From an uncultured Anaerolineales bacterium (GTDB taxonomy: Bacteria > Chloroflexota > Anaerolineae > UBA1429), in assembly GCA_964651255.1 (NCBI GenBank), contig CAZYWU010000002.1:16038-80037 (forward strand): 64,000 bases of DNA, written 5' to 3'. Numbering within the stretch: position 1 is the first letter of the stretch; every line of letters starts with the position of its first letter. The translations under genes and the position numbers were made by a program. The notes beneath the pieces are model-generated. The model worked only from the letters and a program-made list of their open reading frames with translations. It made no database searches and was not told where the DNA came from. Shown here one piece after another: positions 1 through 9,974 of the stretch.

Positions 1-372
1 TTCTCCGGCAAGGATCCCACCAAGGTCGATCGCTCAGGATCCTATGCCGTGCGCTGGATCGCCAAGAATGTGGTTGCCGCGGGCCTCGCGGACCGTTGCC
101 AGATCCAGATCGCGTATACCATCGGCGTGGCACGGCCCGTGGCCCTCAATATCGAAACCTTTGGCACCGGCAGGATCCCCGATGCAGCCATCGAGGAACT
201 GGTGAATGCGCACTTTGATCTGCGCCCGGGTGCCATCATCCGCGATCTGCGGTTGCGGAGACCCATCTACAAGCCCACCGCGGCATACGGCCACTTTGGA
301 CGCACCGATATTGACGCGCCCTGGGAGAATACCGATCGCGCCGCGGCTCTCCGATCGGATGTCGGTCTGTAG
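1..372 (+). CDS. metK: S-adenosylmethionine synthetase, C-terminal part (5' end outside window)
   Basis: Frame-1 translation from nt 1 reads [30 protein letters not shown]...[10 protein letters not shown], the conserved MetK C-terminal domain; the ORF track entry 49..372 is the same frame. Confidence 0.9.
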   Translation, partial: FSGKDPTKVDRSGSYAVRWIAKNVVAAGLADRCQIQIAYTIGVARPVALNIETFGTGRIPDAAIEELVNAHFDLRPGAIIRDLRLRRPIYKPTAAYGHFGRTDIDAPWENTDRAAALRSDVGL

Positions 373-390
373 CTTTTGTCCCTGATCATC

Positions 391-418
391 GAGGGGGCGA
401 TGCCGCGCATCCCCCCTC
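391..418 (+). terminator. GC-rich hairpin after metK (GAGGGGG-13nt-CCCCCTC), weak T stretch
   Basis: Inverted repeat directly downstream of the metK stop; no strong U-tract. Confidence 0.3.
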
Positions 419-475
419 TGTCAATCTCGCGGCGTCCCGCGCCTGCCGTCGTCCGCCTCTCACCGCTGTTCGGAC

Positions 476-503
476 TTGATGCGCCGGTGTGCTCTGCTAT
501 AAT
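476..503 (+). promoter_or_regulatory. Sigma70-like promoter (TTGATG-16-TATAAT) upstream of the rmd/gmd operon
   Basis: Hexamers seen in sequence roughly 35 nt upstream of the 539 ORF. Confidence 0.4.
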
Positions 504-538
504 CGGGGTGTATTCAGGCGATAACCTGATAATAGCAG

Positions 539-1564
539 ATGCGAGGTACAGAGCATCCCGGGAACAGGAGATCAGCCTCGCACACGGCACGACGGCCAAA
601 GGGGGCTGCAACTCTGCGCGCACTCATCACCGGCATCGGAGGGTTTGCTGGTAGCCACCTCGCCGAGCATCTGCTGGATGCCGGCCTGGAGGTCTATGGG
701 CTGCTTTCCCCCCGGGGCACGCTGACCAATCTTGCGGGCATCGCCGAGTACTGCACCCTCGAGCGTGTGGACCTGGTTGACTATGCTCAGGTCAGGCGCG
801 TCATCGAGGCGATCGCCCCGGAGGGCATCTACCATCTTGCGGCTCGTGCGTCGGTTCCGGCAGCCTGGCGCGACCCCGCATCAAGCCTGCATAACAACAT
901 TCTGGCGCAGCTGAATGTGCTGCGCGCGGTGACCGATGCCGGCGCGTCGCCCCGTGTCCTCATCGTAGCTTCTGCTGACGAATACGGTCGCGTTCGGCCC
1001 GAGGATCTTCCTGTCGATGAGGATACGCCGCTCCGCCCAGTAAACCCCTATGCGGTGAGCAAGATCACACAGGACTATATGGGACTGCAATACCATCTGA
1101 GCCACGGCTTGCCGGTGGTTCGGGTGCGCCCCTTTAACCACGCGGGGCCCCGTCAGGAGACCGGCTTTGTCATCTCGGACTTGGCATCGCAGATTGCGGC
1201 CATCGAGCAGGGCAAGCAGCCGCCCGTCCTGAGTGTCGGCGACCTGAGTGCCGAGCGTGACTTTAGCGACGTCCGCGACGTGGTGCGCGCCTACCATCTG
1301 GCGCTCACGCAGGGTGAACCCGGCGCTGTATACAACGTTGGTGCAGCAAGGGCCGTCGCAGTGCGCGACATTCTGGCATCTCTGCTCCGATTGAGCAGCA
1401 CCCACGTCACTGTTACTCAGGATCCAGACCGCATGCGGCCCAGCGACATCCCCCGTATCGTCGCCGATTGTACGCTACTGCGCAGCACCACCGGTTGGGA
1501 ACCGCAGATCCCGCTGGAGCGTACGCTGTCAGACACGCTGGACTATTGGCGCACGCGCCTTTGA
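539..1564 (+). CDS. rmd: NAD-dependent epimerase/dehydratase, GDP-4-keto-6-deoxy-D-mannose reductase (Rmd)-like
   Basis: ALITGIGGFAGSHLAEHLL Rossmann motif, extended SDR fold, adjacent to gmd. The true start may be downstream of the ATG at 539, since the first ~25 aa are atypical. Confidence 0.7.
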   Translation: MRGTEHPGNRRSASHTARRPKGAATLRALITGIGGFAGSHLAEHLLDAGLEVYGLLSPRGTLTNLAGIAEYCTLERVDLVDYAQVRRVIEAIAPEGIYHLAARASVPAAWRDPASSLHNNILAQLNVLRAVTDAGASPRVLIVASADEYGRVRPEDLPVDEDTPLRPVNPYAVSKITQDYMGLQYHLSHGLPVVRVRPFNHAGPRQETGFVISDLASQIAAIEQGKQPPVLSVGDLSAERDFSDVRDVVRAYHLALTQGEPGAVYNVGAARAVAVRDILASLLRLSSTHVTVTQDPDRMRPSDIPRIVADCTLLRSTTGWEPQIPLERTLSDTLDYWRTRL

Positions 1565-1587
1565 CCCGTTCGACAATGGCATACTGA

Positions 1588-2571
<984 letters not shown>

Positions 2572-2615
2572 GGACGCGCACCATCGGTGCGGTGCAATCA
2601 TGGCTAGGGGGTAAG

Positions 2616-4052
2616 ATGGCCAGGACACAGATCAAATTCGGGACTGACGGCTGGCGAGCGGGCATCGGCGAGGACTATACCTTTGAGAACGTGCGTTACT
2701 GCGCCCAGGGTACCGCCGATGAACTCATCGCCGACGGCACGGCAAGCAAAGGCATGGTTGTCGGATACGACACGCGCTACCGCTCCGAGGATTTTGCCCG
2801 CGCAGTAGCCGAGGTTCTGGCCGGAAACGGCATCACGACCTACCTGTCGATCCGCTTTATGCCTACGCCGGTGCTCTCCTATGCGATCCTGCCCTATGAG
2901 ACGGCCGGGGGCATCTGGATCACGGCGAGCCATAACCCGCCCACCGACAATGGGTTCAAGCTGCGATCCTCCTATGCAGGAGCCGCTGCACCGGAGACCC
3001 TTGCCTCGGTGGAGAAGCGTATCAGCGCAGCGCAGGACGCAGAGCGCGCACACATTATGGACTATGACGCCGCGGTCAAGAAAGGATTGATCCAGCTCAT
3101 CGACCCGGCCGTTCCCTACCTCGAGCAGATCGCCAGGCTGGTTGACCTGGATGTTCTCAAGGGTGCGGGCCTGGATATTGTCGTGGATCCGATGTGGGGC
3201 GTGGGACAGGGATGGTTCCCCGGCATTTTCGACGGGGGCAAGACCAGAATTCACGAGATACACAACATCCGTCACCCGCTCTTCCCGGAGATGGCTCGCC
3301 CGGAGCCGATCGCCGACAACCTGACTACCCTGCTGCGCACTATTCCAGAACTCGGGGCCGATGCCGGCGTCGCCTTTGACGGCGATGCGGACCGGGTAGG
3401 ATTCGCCTCCGAAAATGGCGAGTTTATAAATCAGCTCCAGGTGTACGCGCTCCTGGCGCTGTACCTGCTCGAGTGCAAGCAGCAGCGCGGGCCACTGGTG
3501 CGAACGATCAGCACCACTGCCATGGCGAACAAGCTCGCAGCGCGCTATGGTGTCCCGGTCTATGAGACGGGGGTGGGCTTCAAGTACGTCGCCCCCAAGA
3601 TGCTGGAGGTCGACGCCATCCTGGGCGGCGAGGAGAGCGGAGGCTTTGCCTTTGCGCATCACATCCCCGAGCGCGACGGCATCCTGGCCGGGCTCTACCT
3701 GCTCGACCTCATGATCCGCCTGGACAAAAAGCCCAGTGAGTTGATCGACTATCTCTACTCGCTGGTGGGTCCGCACTATTACAATCGCATCGACGGACGC
3801 ATGGAGCCTGAGGACCGTCCTGCCGTGATCGAGCGGGTCCAGGCAGCGCGCCCGGAGACTGTGGCAGGCCTCAAGGTCGAGGAGATCGACACCCGGGATG
3901 GTTTCCGGTACGTCCTGGAGGGCGGCGACTGGTTGCTGATCCGCTTCTCCGGAACTGAGCCGGTGATCCGGGTATATTGCGAGACCACGCACGAGGACCG
4001 TCTCGATGACATCTTGCAGGCCGGTCTCGAGATCGCGGGTCTCAAGGGATAG
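2616..4052 (+). CDS. Phosphomannomutase/phosphoglucomutase (alpha-D-phosphohexomutase family)
   Basis: FGTDGWRAGIGEDYT, active-site TASHNPPTDNGFK, FDGDADR metal-binding loop. The ATG at 2616 is preceded by GGGGG. Confidence 0.85.
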   Translation: MARTQIKFGTDGWRAGIGEDYTFENVRYCAQGTADELIADGTASKGMVVGYDTRYRSEDFARAVAEVLAGNGITTYLSIRFMPTPVLSYAILPYETAGGIWITASHNPPTDNGFKLRSSYAGAAAPETLASVEKRISAAQDAERAHIMDYDAAVKKGLIQLIDPAVPYLEQIARLVDLDVLKGAGLDIVVDPMWGVGQGWFPGIFDGGKTRIHEIHNIRHPLFPEMARPEPIADNLTTLLRTIPELGADAGVAFDGDADRVGFASENGEFINQLQVYALLALYLLECKQQRGPLVRTISTTAMANKLAARYGVPVYETGVGFKYVAPKMLEVDAILGGEESGGFAFAHHIPERDGILAGLYLLDLMIRLDKKPSELIDYLYSLVGPHYYNRIDGRMEPEDRPAVIERVQAARPETVAGLKVEEIDTRDGFRYVLEGGDWLLIRFSGTEPVIRVYCETTHEDRLDDILQAGLEIAGLKG

Positions 4053-4055
4053 GGC

Positions 4056-4853
4056 ATGCTCTTTGACACTCACGCCCATCTGGAATCGCCGCGCTTTGAG
4101 GGCGATCCCGGGGGTGCGATCGAGAGAGCCAGGTCCGTTGGAGTCACGCGCATCATTACCTGCGGGTCCGACGCAGAGACCAGCGCTGCATCCGTGAACA
4201 TTGCGCGGCAATATGCGGGGGTGTACGCCGCCGCTGGCATACACCCCCACGAGGCCAGAACCATCTGCGACGCGAGCGGCATGCTGGATGTTCACCGCAC
4301 TGAGAGCTTTTTCAGGCAGATACGCGAATGGGCGCAAGCGCACGCCATTGTTGCCGTTGGCGAGATAGGCCTGGACTACCACTATGACTTTTCACCGCGC
4401 ACAGCCCAGCGAGCCGTCCTGGCAGCACAGCTGGCGCTCGCCTCTGAGCTTGGACTGCCCATGATCATGCACAACCGGGAATCGGACAGAGATCTCCAGA
4501 ACGTGCTGGAGCAGGCTCCGAGCGATCTGAGCGGCGTGTTGCATTGCTTTATGGGAGGGCCCGAGCTCGCCGACTGGGTGCTCTCGCGAGGTTTCTATCT
4601 GGGCATCGCGGGACCTATCACCTTCAAGAACGCAGACGAACTGGTCTCCATGGCAAGAGAAGCGCCGTTGGACCGGCTGTTGCTCGAGACGGACTCGCCC
4701 TACCTGGCGCCACACCCACACCGTGGCACCCGCAATGAGCCGGCTCTGGTACGCTTTGTCGCGCAGCGTCTCGCCGACATCCGCGGCATGGAACTGGAGG
4801 AGTTGGCACGCCACACAACCGAGAACGCAAAACGGCTCTTCGGGGTACCCTGA
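4056..4853 (+). CDS. TatD-family metal-dependent hydrolase
   Basis: MLFDTHAHL start, LETDSPYLAP motif, ~265 aa. Confidence 0.85.
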   Translation: MLFDTHAHLESPRFEGDPGGAIERARSVGVTRIITCGSDAETSAASVNIARQYAGVYAAAGIHPHEARTICDASGMLDVHRTESFFRQIREWAQAHAIVAVGEIGLDYHYDFSPRTAQRAVLAAQLALASELGLPMIMHNRESDRDLQNVLEQAPSDLSGVLHCFMGGPELADWVLSRGFYLGIAGPITFKNADELVSMAREAPLDRLLLETDSPYLAPHPHRGTRNEPALVRFVAQRLADIRGMELEELARHTTENAKRLFGVP

Positions 4854-4854
4854 C

Positions 4855-5847
4855 ATGGCCGATATCGATATCCTGATCGTCAGCTGGAACGTCAGCGAGC
4901 TCCTGGCGCGCTGTCTTGAGTCCATTCTCGATCAAGAGGGTGCCGAACCGCCTCTAGATGGGGTGATCACGTTGGGGGATCACCGGCTACGCGTCCACGT
5001 CGTCGACAATGCGTCATCGGATAACACCGCAGACATGCTGCGTACCAGATTCCCATGGGTGCATCTTCTCATCAACGAGAGAAATCTGGGATTCACCGGC
5101 GGCAACAATCTGGGGTTGGCTCGTGCGCACGGTGATTATGTCCTCTTGCTGAATCCTGACACAGAGCTGGCCCCGGATGCGATCCTGGCCATGTTGCAGC
5201 CTCTTTTGCGTGAACCCCGCACGGGCATTGTAGGCCCGCGCCTGACATACAGCGATGGTACGCCTCAACCGTCGCGGCGCCGCTTTCCCACGTTTCCAAT
5301 GGCACTGTGCGAGAGCACGCTGCTGGAGCTTTGGTTCCCTCGGAATCGTTGGGCGCGCGCCTATCGGATGGAAGACGTCCCCGATAGTGTCGAGCAGCGT
5401 GTAGACTGGCTGACGGGAGCCTGCCTTTTGACCCGGCGTATCATCTGGGATCAGATCGGCTTGCTGGATGATCGCTTTTTCATGTATTCTGAGGAACTGG
5501 ATTGGTGCAAGCGTGCAGCCGAAGCGGGTTGGTCTTGCCTGTATGTCCCCGACGCACATGTTGTGCATCACGAGGGCCAGAGCAGCGGGCAGATCGTGGC
5601 ACGCCGCCACTATCTCTTTAACACGAGCAAGGTACTATACTGGGAAAAGCACCACGGCAGCGCACAGGCGCGCCTGTTGCGCTGGTTCCTGCTGGCAACG
5701 TTTGCGATCCAACTCGTGAGTGAGAGCTTCAAGTGGCTGCTCGGCCACAAGCGTGAGCTGCGTCGCGAGCGTATCGGCGCCTACCGGTGGCTATTGGCGA
5801 CCGGACTGCGTCGCCCCCAAAACGGCATCGATGAGGTGAGGGCATGA
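4855..5847 (+). CDS. Glycosyltransferase family 2 (rhamnosyltransferase-like)
   Basis: ILIVSWNVSELLARCLESIL...VVDNASSD...NLGFTGGNN...DGTPQPSRRRFP typical GT2 (WbbL-like). ATG at 4855 overlaps the TatD stop (ATGA-type coupling); the ORF-track upstream extension is unlikely. Confidence 0.8.
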   Translation: MADIDILIVSWNVSELLARCLESILDQEGAEPPLDGVITLGDHRLRVHVVDNASSDNTADMLRTRFPWVHLLINERNLGFTGGNNLGLARAHGDYVLLLNPDTELAPDAILAMLQPLLREPRTGIVGPRLTYSDGTPQPSRRRFPTFPMALCESTLLELWFPRNRWARAYRMEDVPDSVEQRVDWLTGACLLTRRIIWDQIGLLDDRFFMYSEELDWCKRAAEAGWSCLYVPDAHVVHHEGQSSGQIVARRHYLFNTSKVLYWEKHHGSAQARLLRWFLLATFAIQLVSESFKWLLGHKRELRRERIGAYRWLLATGLRRPQNGIDEVRA

Positions 5848-7040
5848 GCAGATCACTGCGCGTCCTGATGATCTCTGGCGAGTTCCCCCCCATGGAGGGT
5901 GGCGTCGCCGACTTTACGGCCATAGTCGGCGAAAGGCTGGCCTCTCGTGGCGCACAGGTGCACGTACTCACCTCCACACAGGCCAGCGGCGGCGCTGCGA
6001 ATCACGCTCCCGTCACAGTCCATGCGAATATGGACGACTGGCGATTCAGGCCACTCTATCGAGAAGTGCGAGCGCTCGTCACACAACTGCAACCCGATGT
6101 GATCAACATACAGTATCAGACCGCCGCCTACGGCATGCACCCGGCGATCAACCTGCTCCCCCGCTTTTCACCAGATGTGCCGGTTGTAGTGACGTTCCAC
6201 GATCTGCGTGTACCTTACCTCTTGCCCAAGGCTGCTAAGTTGCGGCGCTGGGTGAATGCCGATCTGGCCCGGATGGCCGATGCCGTGATTGTCACCAATG
6301 CACAGGACAGAGCCGAGCTGCAACAGCTCTCAGGCATCAAGCGCCTGGAGACGATCCCCATCGGCAGCAATATCACCTACCATCTTCCGGAAGGGTACGA
6401 CCGCGCCGTGTGGCGCGGTCAGTGGGGTGTGAGCCAGCGCGGCGTGCTGCTGTGCTTTTTCGGTTTCCTCAACGAGAGCAAGGGAGCGGTGGAGCTGATT
6501 CAGGCCCTCAAACAGCTGCGCGATGATCAGATCCCGGCCTGCCTGATGATGATCGGCGGCGCGGTAAGCTCCAGTAACGCCTCGAATCGGCAGTACTATG
6601 ATCTGGTGCGACACACGATACAGGAGCTCGGGCTGCAGGATGACGTGTTCTGGACGGGCTATGTGCCAAACGACCAGGTCTCGGCCGCGTTCAAGAGCTC
6701 TGATATCTGCGTGCTGCCCTTTGCGGATGGCGCGTCGTTCCGGCGTGGCTCCCTGATGGCCGCGCTGACACACGGTATCGCAATCGTGAGCACCCATCCG
6801 CAAGTTCCCATACCAGAGATCGTCGATCGGGTGAACATGTACCTGGTGCCGCCAGGCAATCCCGACGCCCTGGCGCAAGCGATACGGGATATTGTCGCGC
6901 ATCCCGAACTGCGTGCAAGACTGGAAGCCGGTGCGCAGGAACTGTCCCGCCTGTTCGATTGGGATGTCATCGCTGACCGAACCCTCCAGCTGTATGGCGA
7001 GGTAGTGGCAGCGCGGCGGCGCGGGCGGACTGTATCTTGA
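5844..7040 (+). CDS. Glycosyltransferase family 4 (GT-B, RfaG-like)
   Basis: VLMISGEFPPMEGGVADF N-terminus and C-terminal GT1/GT4 domain (LPFADGASFRRGSLMAALTHGIAIV). Confidence 0.8.
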   Translation: MSRSLRVLMISGEFPPMEGGVADFTAIVGERLASRGAQVHVLTSTQASGGAANHAPVTVHANMDDWRFRPLYREVRALVTQLQPDVINIQYQTAAYGMHPAINLLPRFSPDVPVVVTFHDLRVPYLLPKAAKLRRWVNADLARMADAVIVTNAQDRAELQQLSGIKRLETIPIGSNITYHLPEGYDRAVWRGQWGVSQRGVLLCFFGFLNESKGAVELIQALKQLRDDQIPACLMMIGGAVSSSNASNRQYYDLVRHTIQELGLQDDVFWTGYVPNDQVSAAFKSSDICVLPFADGASFRRGSLMAALTHGIAIVSTHPQVPIPEIVDRVNMYLVPPGNPDALAQAIRDIVAHPELRARLEAGAQELSRLFDWDVIADRTLQLYGEVVAARRRGRTVS

Positions 7041-7057
7041 GCTTGAGTAAGGCGCCC

Positions 7058-9871
7058 ATGCAGATCCATCAGCGTGGCTCTCCCTCGAAAAAGACTTGCG
7101 ATGCACACGGCTGGTGTTTCCTGGCGCTCTTTGGCGCAGCGCTGATCCTCCGGCTGTACCACCTTGGCAGCCAGTGTTTCTGGTTTGACGAGGCCCAGAC
7201 TCTCCTTATTGCCCGGCTCCCATGGGACGAGATCGTTCAGCGCGCCTACCGCCCTCCCCTTTATCACTATCTGCTGCACGTCTGGAGCTCTATCGTGCCA
7301 GACACCGAGTTCTGGCTCAGACTGCCTTCGGCCATCTTTGGAGCACTGATACCTCCGCTCACGTACATGCTCGGAGCGTGTCTCTACGATCATCGCACGG
7401 GCATCCTGGCCGGCCTGTTCACAGTGGTATCGCCCGCGCTGGTAGCATACTCCCAGGAACTGCGCATGTACAGCCTGCTGGCACTGGAGTTTGCTCTGCT
7501 ATGCTGGTTTGCTTCGCAGGTGTTGCCCGCCCGCACCACACGAACCGGCTCCTGGGTGGGCTATATCCTGGCGACAATCGCTGCGCTGTACACCCATTAC
7601 TTTGCACTGCCATTTCTCCTGGCACTGGGCCTGTCAGGGCTGTTGCTGACCGTGTGGTGGCGACGATACGACACACTGCGACGCTGGATTCTTGCCCACC
7701 TGCTTGCCGGATTGGCCTTTGTCCCCTGGCTTATGGTCGTTTTGTCGGGTCGTGGCGGTACAGAGGACTACTTTGCGGCCGAAGTGAGCCCGATCCTGGC
7801 CGAGGTGCCTGGCGTGCCTGCTTTTCTCCACCGGCTGTGGCTCTTTTTCACAACGGGCCCCACGACCAGCGATTCTCAGACCGTGCGTACCTGGGCGCTC
7901 GCTGCAGCCGCTCTCTTTCTCCTTGCTGTCGCGTTCATCGCCGGCAGGGCCCTTGTACGCCTCTGGACGGAGCGCCGATCGCGGACGCTGTCAAACGGAT
8001 CAACCGCTGATCTTGTTATGTCACTTCTCCTCACCATACCTGTCGCTTTCGCTGCCGTGATGTATTTCCTGCGCCCCGGGACGGTACACCCGCGGCATCT
8101 GATGATGCTGGCAATTCCGCAAAGCCTCCTGTTAGCGCGAGTGGCAAGTTCCCTTTGGCGCCGGGGCAAACAAGCCCGCTCGCTCGCGTTCGGCAGCGCC
8201 ACACGAATGGCATCTCTCCTCTGGACAGGCGGGTTTCTCGGCCTGTTCGTCGTTTCCGTCGTGCTCTATTTCACCGATCCGGCGTTGCAGCGCGCGAACA
8301 TCCGAGAACTGGCGAGTGAGGTGGAGGCACGTACTGGCGCAGGTGATGTAGTTTTGCTGCCCTACCAGGACTATGCCTTTGATTATTACTTTCGAGGCCC
8401 TGCCACCAGTCTCTATCTCGAGACACGCGTCGGAGATCGCGATTTACTGACCTGGGTGCTTCCACAGATGCAGCAGGCTCAACGAGCTGTGTTGCTGCGC
8501 TGGGTTCACACCCTCTCGGACCCGCGCAATGCCCTGGACTGGTTCCTGGAGGCTAACGGCACACTGGAAGCGCGTTTTTGGTCAGCCGAACGATGGGCCA
8601 GCGTCTATGCGCTCGACAGCGAGCTTGACCTGCCTGAGCTTGACGACAGGAACGTCTCCTTTGGGCCGGTGCAGCTCACCGGCGCCTGGATCCCTCAAGA
8701 GTTGCCCGCCGATGAGGTCCTCCCTATAGCGCTTTTGTGGAAACTCATCGAGGACACGGGCGATGATCTCAAGGCCTCAGTGCGGCTCATAGATGCCGGC
8801 GGACATGTGGTGGTAGCCGACGATAGGGTCATTCTTGGCGAGAGATCGCCGGTTGGCACCAGTCAGTGGAAGCCCGGAGGCGAGGCACACAACTACCATC
8901 TCCTTGAGATTCCGCCTGGCACCCCGCCTGTGGCCTACCGTGTGGCGGTCACTGTCTATAACGAGTCCGGTCCGTTACCTGCGCGCGAGGAGACCCTGCC
9001 TGTGGGGATGCAGGTAGACCTGGGCGGTGTAGCACTCCTGCCGCGCGCGCAACAGGATGCGAGCCCTCCCGAGGGCGAGAGCCTCAATATCCTTGATCAA
9101 GAACTGGCAAGCGGTCTTCAAGTGGCGGCGATTGGTCCGCTGCCACCATCGCTGGAACCGGCCCAACCGCTGAATCTCACACTGTACTGGCGCGCAGCTC
9201 GCGAGCTGCCGGCACTCGAGCCCACTATCCAGCTGGTGGACGAGAGCGGGAATCTACTGGCAGAAGCCACTGGCACGCCTGTGTACGGTCAGTATCCCAC
9301 AAACCAATGGGCGCCCGGTGAACTGGTAGCAGACCGTCGCACGCTGCGCACCAACCCGGAGGCAGCCCCCGGGTTGGCGAGCTTGTATGCACGGCTGGAT
9401 GACCAGCAGGTCCTCCTCGGGCAACTACAGATCACGCCCAGCGAACGAAGCTTTGCTGCGCCAACTCCCGAGAAGCCCCTGCAGGCGACGCTAGGCCAGT
9501 GGGCACATCTGGCCGGCTACCGTCTGGAGCCCGAGACGGTCCGTGCTGGAGGGCCCATGGTTGTGACCCTTTACTGGCAGGCACTGGCACAACCGAGCGG
9601 GGCCAATTACACGGTCTTTGTGCAGCTGTTGTCCCCGGAAAATCGCGTCATTGCGCAACACGACGGGGTGCCCGCATCGGGCCGGTGGCCTACAGGGACC
9701 TGGGTGCAGGGCCAGACAATAGAGGATCGGCACGAACTGGTCTTTAGCGACGGCGAGTTTACTGGCGAAGCGCGTCTGATTGCCGGTCTCTACGATGCTA
9801 CCACACTGATCCGAGTGCTTACCACCGAGGGTGCCGACTGCGTCGAGCTGGGACCAGTGACCATCCAGTGA
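7058..9871 (+). CDS. GT-C family membrane glycosyltransferase (PMT/ArnT-like) with three tandem ~130-aa C-terminal repeat domains
   Basis: Multi-TM N-terminus with CFWFDEAQT (DE motif of the GT-C first loop) and an RLP patch. C-terminal half carries 3 repeats with LxLTLYW[RQ]A...YTVFVxL...AQxD..P..G.YPT..W..G motifs. Alternative TTG start at 7037. Confidence 0.75.
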   Translation: MQIHQRGSPSKKTCDAHGWCFLALFGAALILRLYHLGSQCFWFDEAQTLLIARLPWDEIVQRAYRPPLYHYLLHVWSSIVPDTEFWLRLPSAIFGALIPPLTYMLGACLYDHRTGILAGLFTVVSPALVAYSQELRMYSLLALEFALLCWFASQVLPARTTRTGSWVGYILATIAALYTHYFALPFLLALGLSGLLLTVWWRRYDTLRRWILAHLLAGLAFVPWLMVVLSGRGGTEDYFAAEVSPILAEVPGVPAFLHRLWLFFTTGPTTSDSQTVRTWALAAAALFLLAVAFIAGRALVRLWTERRSRTLSNGSTADLVMSLLLTIPVAFAAVMYFLRPGTVHPRHLMMLAIPQSLLLARVASSLWRRGKQARSLAFGSATRMASLLWTGGFLGLFVVSVVLYFTDPALQRANIRELASEVEARTGAGDVVLLPYQDYAFDYYFRGPATSLYLETRVGDRDLLTWVLPQMQQAQRAVLLRWVHTLSDPRNALDWFLEANGTLEARFWSAERWASVYALDSELDLPELDDRNVSFGPVQLTGAWIPQELPADEVLPIALLWKLIEDTGDDLKASVRLIDAGGHVVVADDRVILGERSPVGTSQWKPGGEAHNYHLLEIPPGTPPVAYRVAVTVYNESGPLPAREETLPVGMQVDLGGVALLPRAQQDASPPEGESLNILDQELASGLQVAAIGPLPPSLEPAQPLNLTLYWRAARELPALEPTIQLVDESGNLLAEATGTPVYGQYPTNQWAPGELVADRRTLRTNPEAAPGLASLYARLDDQQVLLGQLQITPSERSFAAPTPEKPLQATLGQWAHLAGYRLEPETVRAGGPMVVTLYWQALAQPSGANYTVFVQLLSPENRVIAQHDGVPASGRWPTGTWVQGQTIEDRHELVFSDGEFTGEARLIAGLYDATTLIRVLTTEGADCVELGPVTIQ

Positions 9872-9931
9872 CAGGTGCACCCAGGGTGGCGGCCCCTGGG
9901 CGGGTGTTTCGTCCCCTGACCCGCAGCAGCC

Positions 9932-9937
9932 TATAAT
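9932..9937 (+). promoter_or_regulatory. TATAAT -10 box upstream of the second GT-C gene
   Basis: cagcCTATAATgac, ~40 nt upstream of the ATG at 9975; the -35 is not convincing. Confidence 0.3.
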
Positions 9938-9974
9938 GACCCCTCGAAAACCCCATTGCGAGGCGCTCACATAC

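Noticed and set aside
2604-4382. 592-aa ORF antisense to the phosphomannomutase gene (and similar long antisense ORFs 1543..2628(-), 22159..23661(-), 38011..39948(+), 45012..45932(-), 42666..43604(+), 62747..63646(-))
   Set aside because: High-GC genomes generate long stop-free antisense frames; each overlaps a gene with strong family signatures on the other strand, and the antisense products are low-complexity R/A/G-rich with no recognisable motifs.
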